From Clostridia bacterium (lineage in GTDB: Bacteria > Bacillota > Clostridia > Christensenellales > UBA1242): 64,000 nucleotides of DNA. Below, in pieces: positions 40,761 to 50,163 of the stretch; positions within the stretch are counted from its first letter, which is position 1, and every line of letters begins with the position of its first letter. A program made the translations under genes and the position numbers. A model generated the notes under the pieces. It made no database searches, had not been told where the DNA came from, and worked only from the letters and a program-made list of their open reading frames with translations. The DNA lies in assembly GCA_045635805.1 (NCBI GenBank), contig JAZTWI010000002.1, forward strand, positions 9,693 to 73,692, given 5' to 3'.

Positions 40761-40901
40761 ATGAAAGATTGTGTAATGATTGGTATGGCACTTGGTTTTA
40801 TCGCTGGTGCGCTTTTAGTTTCTAATAATTCTCAAGCACAGAAAATTGTTGAGAATGGCAAAAAGGCAGTAAAAGACAAAGTTAAACAAATTATGGACTA
40901 A
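40761..40901 (+). CDS. 46 aa YtxH-like single-TM protein
   Basis: GGAGGT RBS; MKDCVMIGMALGFIAGALLV followed by a basic amphipathic helix. Confidence 0.78.
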   Translation: MKDCVMIGMALGFIAGALLVSNNSQAQKIVENGKKAVKDKVKQIMD

Positions 40902-40983
40902 AGTGCTCTAAAATTCTGGCAAATAATTATTTTCTTGGCTAAATTAATTTTGAAAATACCAAAATCTATGGTAAGATTATGGT

Positions 40984-41418
40984 ATGGAAAGTACATATTA
41001 TAGGGTAATGGCTCTTGATTACGGAGAGGTAAGAATAGGTATAGCAATGAGTGATGTGACTAGATTTCTAGCCACAGGCTATGAGAATTATACTAGAAAA
41101 AACCTAGAAGTAGATTGTGAGCATATCGCAGATATTGTGAAGAATAATAATGTTAAAATTATTGTTTTAGGATTACCGCTTAATATGGACGGTTCGAGTG
41201 GTGATAGGGTCGAAAAGACTTATGAATTTGCCTCAGTTTTATCCAAATATACTGATGCAAAGATTGAGTACTTAGATGAACGACTAACATCAGTTTCGGC
41301 TGAAAAAATCCTAATATCAGCCGATGTTTCTAGGAAAAAGCGAAAGGAAGTTTTAGATAAATTATCTGCTACTATTATTTTGCAGGATTACCTAGATTCA
41401 CATTGTAGGAAAAATTAA
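40984..41418 (+). CDS. ruvX: Holliday junction resolvase-like / pre-16S rRNA nuclease
   Basis: ALDYGEVRIGIAMSD, GLPLNMDG, DERLTS, D..SATIILQ.YLD. Confidence 0.95.
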   Translation: MESTYYRVMALDYGEVRIGIAMSDVTRFLATGYENYTRKNLEVDCEHIADIVKNNNVKIIVLGLPLNMDGSSGDRVEKTYEFASVLSKYTDAKIEYLDERLTSVSAEKILISADVSRKKRKEVLDKLSATIILQDYLDSHCRKN

Positions 41419-41439
41419 AATGAAAGGGAGAATAAAGTA

Positions 41440-41757
41440 ATGGCAGAGGAATTTTTATCACCTATTGATATGTTGTTAGATGAGAACAATACTGACAATA
41501 TCAAATTATTTAATGAGGAGAACGAAGAAGTAGAGTTCGAGCAAATCGCTCTAGTTCCAATCGATGAGAGAATCTATGCTATTTTAAAACCAGCTGCTGC
41601 TATGGAAGGCGTTGCTGATGATGAAGCTTTAGTATTCGGCATTGAAGAAATCGATGATGAAGATTGTCTAGTAATTGTAGAAGATGATTCAATCGTTGAT
41701 AAGGTATTCGAAGAGTACTACAAGATGCTAAAAGCTGAAGGTATTGACGTAGAATAA
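41440..41757 (+). CDS. DUF1292-domain acidic protein
   Basis: Acidic; E.EFEQIA, YAIL.P, VFEEY; usual position after ruvX. Confidence 0.85.
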   Translation: MAEEFLSPIDMLLDENNTDNIKLFNEENEEVEFEQIALVPIDERIYAILKPAAAMEGVADDEALVFGIEEIDDEDCLVIVEDDSIVDKVFEEYYKMLKAEGIDVE

Positions 41758-41869
41758 TTTAAATATAAAATGCTACTTTATTAGGTGGCATTTTTTATTT
41801 TTTTTATAAAAATTAAAAGAAAATTATTGATTATTTTTATATATTATGTTAATATTATCCTGTTGAATA

Positions 41870-42030
41870 ATTACACACTAGGCGAATTTTATCTAATTTT
41901 AGTAAAATTTCAATGCTGGAATTGGTTAAAACATTACTTAAAAATCTCTAAATTAAGTGATGATTTGGTAATCGTTGGCGTAAATGCTGGTTACTAGAGT
42001 TAAAACGCTTGGGAGGAAAAAACAAGGAGG
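41870..42030 (+). promoter_or_regulatory. rpsB (S2) 5' leader, likely autoregulatory
   Basis: Begins ACACAC, contains TGCTGG twice and an upstream GGGAGG, as in Firmicute rpsB leaders. Confidence 0.55.
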
Positions 42031-42037
42031 AAAAATT

Positions 42038-42799
42038 ATGTCAGTTATTTCAATGAAACAATTGCTTGAGGCTGGTGTACACTTCGGTCATCAAACTAGA
42101 AAGTGGAATCCAAAGATGAGCAAATACATCTTCAATGCTAGAAATGATATTCATATCATCAACCTTGAAGATACTGTCGTTCTTATCGACAAGGCTTATG
42201 ACTACATTAGAGAGATGGCTAGTCAAGGCAAAACAATCCTATTCGTAGGTACTAAGAAACAAGCTCAAAAGGCTATCGAAGACGAAGCTAAGAGATGTGG
42301 TATGTTCTATATCAACTCTAGATGGTTAGGTGGTACTCTTACTAACTTCAAAACTATCAGAAGCAGAATCGAGAGATTAAACAAATTAAATAATATGGAG
42401 AAAGTAGGCGAGTTCAACCTTCTTCCTAAGAAAGAGGTTATCAAACTTAAAGCTGAGAGAGATAAACTTGAGAAGAACTTAGGTGGTATCAAAGATATGA
42501 CTAAACTTCCAGACGTTATGTTCATCGTTGATACTAAGAAAGAGCATATTGCTGTTAAAGAAGCTAAAACTCTTAATATACCTATCGTTGCTCTACTAGA
42601 TACTAACTGTGACCCAGAGCCTGTTGATTATGTAATCCCAGGTAATGATGATGCTATCAGAGCTGTATCATTAATCGCTGGTGCTATGGCAAATGCTGTT
42701 ATTGAGGCAAAAGAGGGCGTTGCTCCTGAGACTTCAGAAGAAGTTGTTGGTGAAGCTACAGAAGAAGTTGCTGCTGAAACAGAAATTACAGAAGAGTAA
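42038..42799 (+). CDS. rpsB: 30S ribosomal protein S2
   Basis: [42 protein letters not shown]; AAGGAGG RBS supports the 42038 start. Confidence 0.99.
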   Translation: MSVISMKQLLEAGVHFGHQTRKWNPKMSKYIFNARNDIHIINLEDTVVLIDKAYDYIREMASQGKTILFVGTKKQAQKAIEDEAKRCGMFYINSRWLGGTLTNFKTIRSRIERLNKLNNMEKVGEFNLLPKKEVIKLKAERDKLEKNLGGIKDMTKLPDVMFIVDTKKEHIAVKEAKTLNIPIVALLDTNCDPEPVDYVIPGNDDAIRAVSLIAGAMANAVIEAKEGVAPETSEEVVGEATEEVAAETEITEE

Positions 42800-42827
42800 T
42801 ATTATTTGATTAAAAGGAGTATAGAAT

Positions 42828-43472
42828 ATGTTCACAACTGAAGATATTGTAAAATTAAGAAAAAGAACTAATGCAGGTATGATGGACTGCAAGAACGCTC
42901 TAACAGAGACTAACGGAGACCTAGATAAAGCTACTGAATGGTTAAGAGAGAAAGGTATCGCTAAAGCTGCTAAAAAAGCAGACAGAATCGCTGCTGAAGG
43001 TCTAGTATACTCATATATCCATATGGGTGGAAAAATTGGTGTATTAGTAGAGATTAACTGTGAGACAGACTTCGTTTCTAGAAGTGATAACTTCGTAGCA
43101 CTTTGTAAAGATATCGCTCTTCACATTGCTGCTGCTAAACCTTCTTATGTAACTATTGATGAAGTTCCTGCTGATGTTCTAAATCATGAGAAAGAAATCC
43201 TTAGAAACCAAGCTCTAAACGAGGGAAAACCTGCTAATATCGTTGATAAAATGATTGAAGGTAGAGTAAAGAAATTCTACGAAGAAGTTTGTTTACTAGA
43301 GCAACCATTTGTAAAAGACCCTTCTAAGAAAATCACAGACATCGTTAATGAGGCTATCCTTACTATCGGTGAGAAAATTTCTATCAGAAGATTCACAAGA
43401 TACGAAATGGGTGAAGGTCTAGAGAAGAGAAACGACAACTTTGCTGATGAAGTTGCATCTCAAATGAAATAA
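42828..43472 (+). CDS. tsf: Elongation factor Ts (short form)
   Basis: [31 protein letters not shown]. Confidence 0.98.
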   Translation: MFTTEDIVKLRKRTNAGMMDCKNALTETNGDLDKATEWLREKGIAKAAKKADRIAAEGLVYSYIHMGGKIGVLVEINCETDFVSRSDNFVALCKDIALHIAAAKPSYVTIDEVPADVLNHEKEILRNQALNEGKPANIVDKMIEGRVKKFYEEVCLLEQPFVKDPSKKITDIVNEAILTIGEKISIRRFTRYEMGEGLEKRNDNFADEVASQMK

Positions 43473-43486
43473 TAATATTTCCAGAT

Positions 43487-43521
43487 AAAAAGTTCGTTTG
43501 CAAGTCAAGCGAACTTTTTTT
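43487..43521 (+). terminator. Intrinsic terminator after tsf
   Basis: AAAAGTTCGTTTG-CAAGT-CAAGCGAACTTTT. Confidence 0.8.
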
Positions 43522-43613
43522 GTTTAAATATTTTTTATACTTAGTATAAATGTTTGCCTAAATTGTGATTTTTATAGTAAAATAGGGTAGAATTTTTAAT
43601 AGGATGGTTACTT

Positions 43614-44183
43614 ATGTATACTGAAGAAATTGAAATGTATTTAGAAGAATTTAAAGATGATTTAGCTAAGGCTCTTAATCATCATGCTGATGAGCTTATG
43701 CAGATTAGAGCTGGCAGAGCTAATCCTAAAATTATTGAGAGAATTACAGTTGATTACTATGGCACAATGACTCCTATCAGTCAGATGGCTACAATCTCTG
43801 TTCCAGAAGCTAGAATGATACTAGTTAATCTATGGGATAACTCAATGTTAAAAGCAGTTGCTAAAGCAATCGAAGCTGCTAACCTTGGATTAAATCCTAG
43901 TGACGATGGTAAAGTTATTAGACTTATTTTCCCACAACTTACAGAAGAGAGAAGAAGAGAATTAGTAAAGGACATCAATAAATATACTGAGTCTGCTAAA
44001 GTTGTTTGTAGAAACGCTAGAAGAGATGTTCTAGATGTATTTAAAAAGATGAAGAAGAATAGTGAGATTAGCGAAGATGATTTAGCTTCTCTTGAGAAAG
44101 ATGTTCAGAAACTTCTTGATGATACAATTGCTGCCATTGATAAGGTTAGTGCAAACAAAGAAAAAGAGATTATGGAAGTATAA
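43614..44183 (+). CDS. frr: Ribosome recycling factor
   Basis: IRAGRANP, DYYG, LGLNP.DDG, LTEERR, RNARR. Confidence 0.97.
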   Translation: MYTEEIEMYLEEFKDDLAKALNHHADELMQIRAGRANPKIIERITVDYYGTMTPISQMATISVPEARMILVNLWDNSMLKAVAKAIEAANLGLNPSDDGKVIRLIFPQLTEERRRELVKDINKYTESAKVVCRNARRDVLDVFKKMKKNSEISEDDLASLEKDVQKLLDDTIAAIDKVSANKEKEIMEV

Positions 44184-44195
44184 TAGGGGCAACAG

Positions 44196-45143
44196 ATGAA
44201 ACAAAGAATTATTACCGGTGCAGTAATACTTTTGGTTGAAGCATTATTTATCGCATCTAGATTATTTACTCCATATGCTATGGACTTATTTATAGGCCTT
44301 ATTGCTATAGTTGGCTGTGTAGAAGTTGCAAGGGTACTAGAGAGAAAGAGAATGTTTACTAGCATTGCTTTTATTGGCTCTTTCCCACCAATTCTATATA
44401 TCGCTATGCAGATAGGTATAATTAATGAAAGAGAGTGGGTTCATTATCTACTTTACTTTATTATCATTATTTTGGCTTTATTTGTTATTAATTTCTTGTC
44501 AACAATTATAGCTAAAGAATCTACAGAGAAACAAAAAGATAAGTATGGTGTGTTTGTTAGCAATCAAACATTTGCTTTTCAAAAATCAATGAATTCGGCT
44601 TTTGTTATGATTTATCCACTTATTTTATTCTGTTCTTTATTTGTAATAAATCATTTCTTTGATTTTGCATTTATTGACTCAACAGGAATAACCAATACTG
44701 ATACACTAGTTGTATTCTTCTTAACATTTGTATTTGTTGTTACAATTATGACTGATACATTTGCTCTAGTTGTTGGTATGCTTATAGGTGGACCAAAGCT
44801 AGCACCTAAGATTAGCCCTAAGAAAACTATTTCTGGAGCTGTAGGTGGTTTCGTATTTGGTTCTGCATCTAGTATGTTGGTATATTTCTTATTCTCATTG
44901 AATAAGGTATTTAGTACTACTATGGTGACTCTTGGACTATCAATCTGGAGTTTCCTAATCGTTGGTATGGTGTGTGCTATTATCACACAATGTGGGGATT
45001 TACTCGCTAGTTTACTCAAAAGGTCTGCCAGAGTAAAAGACTATGGTACATTATTTCCAGGACATGGTGGTGTTATGGATAGAGTAGATGGTCTAATATT
45101 TAGTGCTTTTGCTACACTAGTTAGTTTATTTATTATGATTTAA
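44196..45143 (+). CDS. cdsA: Phosphatidate cytidylyltransferase
   Basis: DTFA..VG, ISPKKT..GA.GG, GDL..S.LKR...VKDYG...PGHGGVMDR.D. Confidence 0.95.
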   Translation: MKQRIITGAVILLVEALFIASRLFTPYAMDLFIGLIAIVGCVEVARVLERKRMFTSIAFIGSFPPILYIAMQIGIINEREWVHYLLYFIIIILALFVINFLSTIIAKESTEKQKDKYGVFVSNQTFAFQKSMNSAFVMIYPLILFCSLFVINHFFDFAFIDSTGITNTDTLVVFFLTFVFVVTIMTDTFALVVGMLIGGPKLAPKISPKKTISGAVGGFVFGSASSMLVYFLFSLNKVFSTTMVTLGLSIWSFLIVGMVCAIITQCGDLLASLLKRSARVKDYGTLFPGHGGVMDRVDGLIFSAFATLVSLFIMI

Positions 45144-45158
45144 TTTGGAGAACATTTT

Positions 45159-46244
45159 ATGATTATCTTATACATTTTACTTGCTATTGTTGTCTTGCTC
45201 ATAATGATTATGATTCATGAGACAGGACACTATCTAGTGGGTAAACTTCTTAAATTTAAGATAGAAGAATATTCTATTGGTTTCGGTAAACCAATCTTTC
45301 AGAAAACTATGAAAAGTGGTGAGGTTTTCTCTCTAAGGTGGATACCACTGGGTGGTTTCTGTGCCTTTAAGGGAGAAGATGAAGACGAAGGTGAAGAAGA
45401 AGTCTCTGAAGAAGAGAAAAAACAGTACTTCAACGCTTATGCACCTTGGAAAAGGCTACTTGTTCTAGTATCTGGCGCATTATTTAATTTTGTTTCTGGT
45501 ATTATATTTACCTTTGTACTACTTTTATCCGTTGGCTCTGGTATTTGTCAAGTTACAGATATAGTTGCTACTAATGACAATAAAAATGTACTAAATAAAG
45601 GCGATATCATCTTAGAAGTTGATGGTAGGGAACCAACATTTTTAAATGGTGGCATTGTTAAACTAATGGCAGATAAAAACGTTGGCGAAGATATAGTACT
45701 TACAATCGATAGAAATGGTGAAATTAAGGATATTACTGTTCAAAAATACCAAACCTATAAACAAGATGAAGAAGGTAATATTGTTAATGATACAGACGGC
45801 AATCCAATAGTTGAAGATAAGGTTATTGGTGTTTATACAGAGTATGTAAGATACGGCTTTGGAGATGCACTTCTTAAGTGTGTACCATATACTTTCCGTA
45901 TGGCTTGGGAGTGTTTAGTCGTTCTAGGTAATTTGGTTACAGGACAAATTGGTTTAGACACGGTTGGTGGACCTATTACAACTGTTTCTACCATTGCAAC
46001 ATCTACTCAGGCAAATATGAAGAACTTACTTCTATTATTCCCATTAATATCTGTTAACTTAGCAGTATTTAATTTGCTTCCTATTCCAGCACTAGATGGT
46101 GCTAGAGCAGTATTTGTTCTAATAGAATGGATATTTAAAAAACCTGTTCCTAGAGACCTGGAAGGTAAAATCCATACAGTTGGTTTATTTGCTCTATTTG
46201 CTCTAGTAATAGTGATAGACTTACTGCATATATTCTTATTTTAA
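45159..46244 (+). CDS. rseP: RIP metalloprotease RseP
   Basis: HETGH, IPLGGF, PDZ-like middle region, NLLPIPALDG. Confidence 0.95.
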   Translation: MIILYILLAIVVLLIMIMIHETGHYLVGKLLKFKIEEYSIGFGKPIFQKTMKSGEVFSLRWIPLGGFCAFKGEDEDEGEEEVSEEEKKQYFNAYAPWKRLLVLVSGALFNFVSGIIFTFVLLLSVGSGICQVTDIVATNDNKNVLNKGDIILEVDGREPTFLNGGIVKLMADKNVGEDIVLTIDRNGEIKDITVQKYQTYKQDEEGNIVNDTDGNPIVEDKVIGVYTEYVRYGFGDALLKCVPYTFRMAWECLVVLGNLVTGQIGLDTVGGPITTVSTIATSTQANMKNLLLLFPLISVNLAVFNLLPIPALDGARAVFVLIEWIFKKPVPRDLEGKIHTVGLFALFALVIVIDLLHIFLF

Positions 46245-46256
46245 AGGTAGATACTG

Positions 46257-47828
46257 ATGAAGATACTTGAGTATATCAATAATAAAACTAATAATGCTTA
46301 CAAGGATTTTAAACTTGTAAGTGTTATTTTTGATAAAAGCGAAAAAGAGTGTACGTTTAAATTTCTCTATAAAGATACCTGTAAGGACGATGATAGAGAG
46401 ACTCTTTCACGCCTTATAAAAGAGTATATAAATGAAGAAGTGTCTGTGGTTGTTAAACTTAAGAAAGCATATGTAGACGAAGGCTTAGTGAAGACAATTT
46501 TTAATAACTACATTAGTAGACATAATGCTAGTTTGGGTGAAAACTTTGATAGTAATGATATAAAAGTTGAAATCGATGAAACCATCAATGTAATTATTTC
46601 TTGTGGAGACTTTGCATACAATTATTTTAGTGGCCCAGATGTTAGAACAGATATTTTATCTTTTATTCAGGGATTCTTCTTTGAGCCCGTATATCTTGAA
46701 TTAGAAAGAAAAGATGTGCCACAGCAGTCTATCAATGAATTTGATTTGATTCCTGCAGAAACATTTATTCTAGAAGATACTGCTGAAACAAAAAAAATCA
46801 AGCATGTAAAAGTAAAATTATTAAATGATAAGGATAGTACTTTATTTAATAATAGTGCTATATCTATAGATAGTTTATCTACTAAAATGGAATCTGCTGA
46901 GATAGCTGGTGAGATACTATTTTTAAATGAAAAATCTTTTGAATCAAAGAGAAAAGATAAAGAAGGTAATACCGTTATTAAGCATTATTTTTCGTTTACT
47001 CTAAAAGATTCTACAGGCAGGATTAATTGTGTTTACTTCCCAACAAAAGATGGCTTTGAGACTGTTAAATCATTCTTGACTGAGAATAAAACAATAATAG
47101 TCAGTGGTACTCCAGAAGAATTTAATGGTAGGACTAATTTCAAAGTAAAAAATATGGCTGACTGTGAGATTTTACCAGAAGAAGAATCTAATGAGCCAGA
47201 GACTACAGTTGAATTCAAAAAAGAACCAAACGAAGCCTATTTATTTGTAAAGCCTGAACCATATATTGAGTTGATGCAGGACAATTTATTTGCAGTAAAG
47301 GACGAAGTTGGTAAGTATTTAGTTGATAATGATGTAGTTGTATTTGATATAGAGACTACAGGTCTAGATGCACTTACCTGTGAGATAATTGAGATAGGTG
47401 CAGTTAAGATTAAAAATGGAAGAATTGCAGAGACTTTTGAGACACTCATTAAGCCTAAGGGTCATATTCCTGATGAGATTGTTAATTTAACAGGTATTAC
47501 TGATGATATGGTTAAAGATGCTCCTAATATTAAGCAAGTATTACCAGATTTTTATAAATTCTGCTATGGTACTACCATTATGGCATATAATATCGACTTC
47601 GACTATAAATTCATAAATATCGCTGGTCTAAAGCAGGGATATAATTTCGATATGAGACAGATAGATGCTATGTATTTAGCTAGAGCATTTGTACCAGGAC
47701 TTAAGAATTTTAAATTAGGTACAGTATGTAAAAAATTAGGTGTGTCACTTGAAAACGCACACAGGGCTGTTCATGATGCTACTGCTACAGCCGAAGTTGT
47801 TATTAAACTTAGCCCTAATATTACATAA
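46257..47828 (+). CDS. PolC-derived protein: N-terminal domain, OB fold and DEDDh 3'-5' exonuclease; no PHP or polymerase domain
   Basis: At the polC position between rseP and rimP; OB fold (GEILF..., FTLKDSTG); ExoI DIETTG, ExoII NIDFD, ExoIII HRAVHDA; stop at 523 aa. Confidence 0.85.
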   Translation: MKILEYINNKTNNAYKDFKLVSVIFDKSEKECTFKFLYKDTCKDDDRETLSRLIKEYINEEVSVVVKLKKAYVDEGLVKTIFNNYISRHNASLGENFDSNDIKVEIDETINVIISCGDFAYNYFSGPDVRTDILSFIQGFFFEPVYLELERKDVPQQSINEFDLIPAETFILEDTAETKKIKHVKVKLLNDKDSTLFNNSAISIDSLSTKMESAEIAGEILFLNEKSFESKRKDKEGNTVIKHYFSFTLKDSTGRINCVYFPTKDGFETVKSFLTENKTIIVSGTPEEFNGRTNFKVKNMADCEILPEEESNEPETTVEFKKEPNEAYLFVKPEPYIELMQDNLFAVKDEVGKYLVDNDVVVFDIETTGLDALTCEIIEIGAVKIKNGRIAETFETLIKPKGHIPDEIVNLTGITDDMVKDAPNIKQVLPDFYKFCYGTTIMAYNIDFDYKFINIAGLKQGYNFDMRQIDAMYLARAFVPGLKNFKLGTVCKKLGVSLENAHRAVHDATATAEVVIKLSPNIT

Positions 47829-47906
47829 AAATACCAATTTATTTCGAAAAAGCCTTGATTTTAGATATTTATTATGATAATATAATATTGTTAATACTAG
47901 ATTACT

Positions 47907-47936
47907 AGAGTGAACATCTTAACTGACGTTCACTCT
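47907..47936 (+). promoter_or_regulatory. rimP leader hairpin
   Basis: AGAGTGAAC-N12-GTTCACTCT, resembling the AGAGTG...CACTCT hairpin before Firmicute rimP. Confidence 0.65.
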
Positions 47937-47962
47937 TAAATTTTGCTTAGGGGTGAGTGATT

Positions 47963-48424
47963 ATGTCTGAGAGAATTGTTGACAAAGCTGAAAGAATTAT
48001 TAGACCTATTGTAGAAGAACTAGGTTATGTATTTGTAGACCTAGAATATAGGAAGGACTACACAGGTAATGTTTTGGAGCTTACTATTGATAACGAGGTT
48101 GGTATCAATATAAATGACTGTGAGAAGGTTTCTAGAGCTTTAGATATTCCACTAGATGAGAATGATGTTACTGACGGCAGACCTTATAACTTTAATGTTT
48201 CTTCTTATGGCCTAGACAGAAACTTCAAGACCGATTATGATTTTAATAAACATATTGGTAAAGATGTCGATATTAAGTTCTATGCTCCATACAATGGAAA
48301 GAAACTTATAGTTGCGAGTCTTACTGCATTTGATAAAAACACTATCACTATTACCCTAGATGGTGAAGAAAAAATTATAGAAAGAAAATTAATTGCCAAT
48401 ATTTGTGCTCATATAGAGTTTTAG
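47963..48424 (+). CDS. rimP: Ribosome maturation factor RimP
   Basis: GININDCEKVSR..LD, VSS.GLDR; precedes nusA. Confidence 0.94.
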   Translation: MSERIVDKAERIIRPIVEELGYVFVDLEYRKDYTGNVLELTIDNEVGININDCEKVSRALDIPLDENDVTDGRPYNFNVSSYGLDRNFKTDYDFNKHIGKDVDIKFYAPYNGKKLIVASLTAFDKNTITITLDGEEKIIERKLIANICAHIEF

Positions 48425-48439
48425 GAGGAAAATTTTAAA

Positions 48440-49567
48440 ATGGTAAACAAGGACTTTTTTCAAGCATTAAAAGATTTAGAAGAACAAAAGGGTATTAATC
48501 AAGAGTATTTTATGGAAGCTCTAGAGTCTGCACTAACTAGTGCTTACAAAAAACACATTGGTGAAGCAAAGAGTGCTTTTGTTAAATTAAACCCAGAGAA
48601 ACACACTATCAAGATTTATTCTTATAAAACTGTTGTTGAAGAAGTACTAGACAATGATAAAGAGATTAGTTTAGCAGAAGCTAGACTAATTAAGAAAAGT
48701 TATAAAGTAGGAGATTCTGTTCAACAAGAAGAAACTCCTAAGAACTTTGGTAGAATTGCTGCTCAAACTGCTAAACAGGTTATTATGCAAAGAATCAGAG
48801 AAGCAGAAAGAAGCAGAGTAATGGACGAAGTTAATACTAAACAAGACGAACTAGTTACAGGTATTATTAGAAGAATTGATAATGGTACTGTATATGTAGA
48901 CCTAGGTATGACAGAAGTTGAAGGTGTACTTGGACCTAAGGACCAAATTCCTGGTGAGAAATACGCTATCAACCAAAGAATTAAAGTAGTTGTTAAGACT
49001 GTTAAAGAAGGTTACAATGCACCATTTGTTCAATTATCTAGAAGTTCAGCAAGTTTCGTTAGAAAACTATTTGAATTAGAAGTACCAGAGATTGCTAATG
49101 GCGAAATCGTTATCAAAAACATTGTTAGAGAAGCTGGTTATAGAACAAAGATGTCTGTATATAGTAGCAATAGAACAATTGATTGTATCGGTGCTTGTGT
49201 TGGTAACAAGGGTATGAGAGTTAACGAAATTGTTAACGAACTAGGTGGAGAGAAGATTGATATCGTTCCTTACAGCGATGATGCTGGTGAGTATATCGTA
49301 GCTGCTCTTAGTCCTGCAACTGTACTATATATTCATACAAATATTGAAGACAAAACATCTCTTGCAGTTGTTCCAGATGATAAATTAAGTCTTGCTATCG
49401 GTAAGTCTGGTCAAAATGTTAGACTTGCTGCTAGACTAACAGGTTGGAAGATTGATGTTAAAGCAAAATCTGCTGTACCATCACTTAACCTAGAAGAAAC
49501 AACTAAAGAAGCAGAGAACTATGAAAACCTATTCGATGGTTCAGATGCATTTGATGATATTAACTAA
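48440..49567 (+). CDS. nusA: Transcription factor NusA
   Basis: FGRIAAQTAKQV, ELEVPEI, REAGYRTK, SLAIGKSGQNVRLAARLTGWKID. Confidence 0.98.
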   Translation: MVNKDFFQALKDLEEQKGINQEYFMEALESALTSAYKKHIGEAKSAFVKLNPEKHTIKIYSYKTVVEEVLDNDKEISLAEARLIKKSYKVGDSVQQEETPKNFGRIAAQTAKQVIMQRIREAERSRVMDEVNTKQDELVTGIIRRIDNGTVYVDLGMTEVEGVLGPKDQIPGEKYAINQRIKVVVKTVKEGYNAPFVQLSRSSASFVRKLFELEVPEIANGEIVIKNIVREAGYRTKMSVYSSNRTIDCIGACVGNKGMRVNEIVNELGGEKIDIVPYSDDAGEYIVAALSPATVLYIHTNIEDKTSLAVVPDDKLSLAIGKSGQNVRLAARLTGWKIDVKAKSAVPSLNLEETTKEAENYENLFDGSDAFDDIN

Positions 49568-49575
49568 GGTGAGAT

Positions 49576-49848
49576 ATGATTAATAAAAAAGTACCTATGA
49601 GAATGTGCATTGCTTGTAAAGAGAGTAAGGAAAAAAGAGAACTTATCAGAATCGTTAAGATGGGTGATGACTTTACTCTAGACTTTACAGGCAAATTAAA
49701 TGGTAGGGGCGCATATATTTGTAATAATGACGAATGTGTGCAGAAATGTATTAAGGGAAAAATACTTAGTAAGGCATTTAAACAAAATATTTCCAGTGAT
49801 ACTTATGAAAAGATAAAGGAGCAATATTTTGAACGAAAACAAAATTAA
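49576..49848 (+). CDS. ylxR: YlxR/RnpM RNA-binding protein
   Basis: PMRMCIAC, K.ELIRIV, GRGAYIC. Confidence 0.93.
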   Translation: MINKKVPMRMCIACKESKEKRELIRIVKMGDDFTLDFTGKLNGRGAYICNNDECVQKCIKGKILSKAFKQNISSDTYEKIKEQYFERKQN

Positions 49849-50125
49849 GTCTTATTTAGGTTTTGCGATTAGGGGTGGTAAAGTTGTTTTTGGTTATGAT
49901 AATCTATTTGTAACTAGAAAACAGCCACTACTAGTTCTAATTTCTTCATCTCAAAATGAAAAGATGACAGACAAGGTGATTAAATACTGTCTAGATAGAA
50001 AGATTAAATGTATCAAGTTACCATTTGTACTAGAAGATATTTTAAATAGAAACTGCAAGGTAATTGCAGTTCTAGATAGAAGTCTTGCAGATGCTATATA
50101 TAATGAATTGAAAGTGGAAAATTAA
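49829..50125 (+). CDS. L7Ae/L30e-like protein (YlxQ)
   Basis: YLGFAIRGGKVVFG; TTG start; between ylxR and infB. Confidence 0.85.
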   Translation: MNENKIKSYLGFAIRGGKVVFGYDNLFVTRKQPLLVLISSSQNEKMTDKVIKYCLDRKIKCIKLPFVLEDILNRNCKVIAVLDRSLADAIYNELKVEN

Positions 50126-50163
50126 AATATTAAATCTAAAATGATATTTTAGGCGAGGTTAAT

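Noticed and set aside
41785-42037. 70 aa ORF and 18 aa N-terminal extension of RpsB
   Set aside because: Overlap the rpsB promoter and leader; the strong RBS supports the 42038 start
46257-47828. Treating the short polC as a pseudogene
   Set aside because: No frameshift or downstream polymerase remnant, catalytic exonuclease residues intact, and the internal PHP segment is removed in frame
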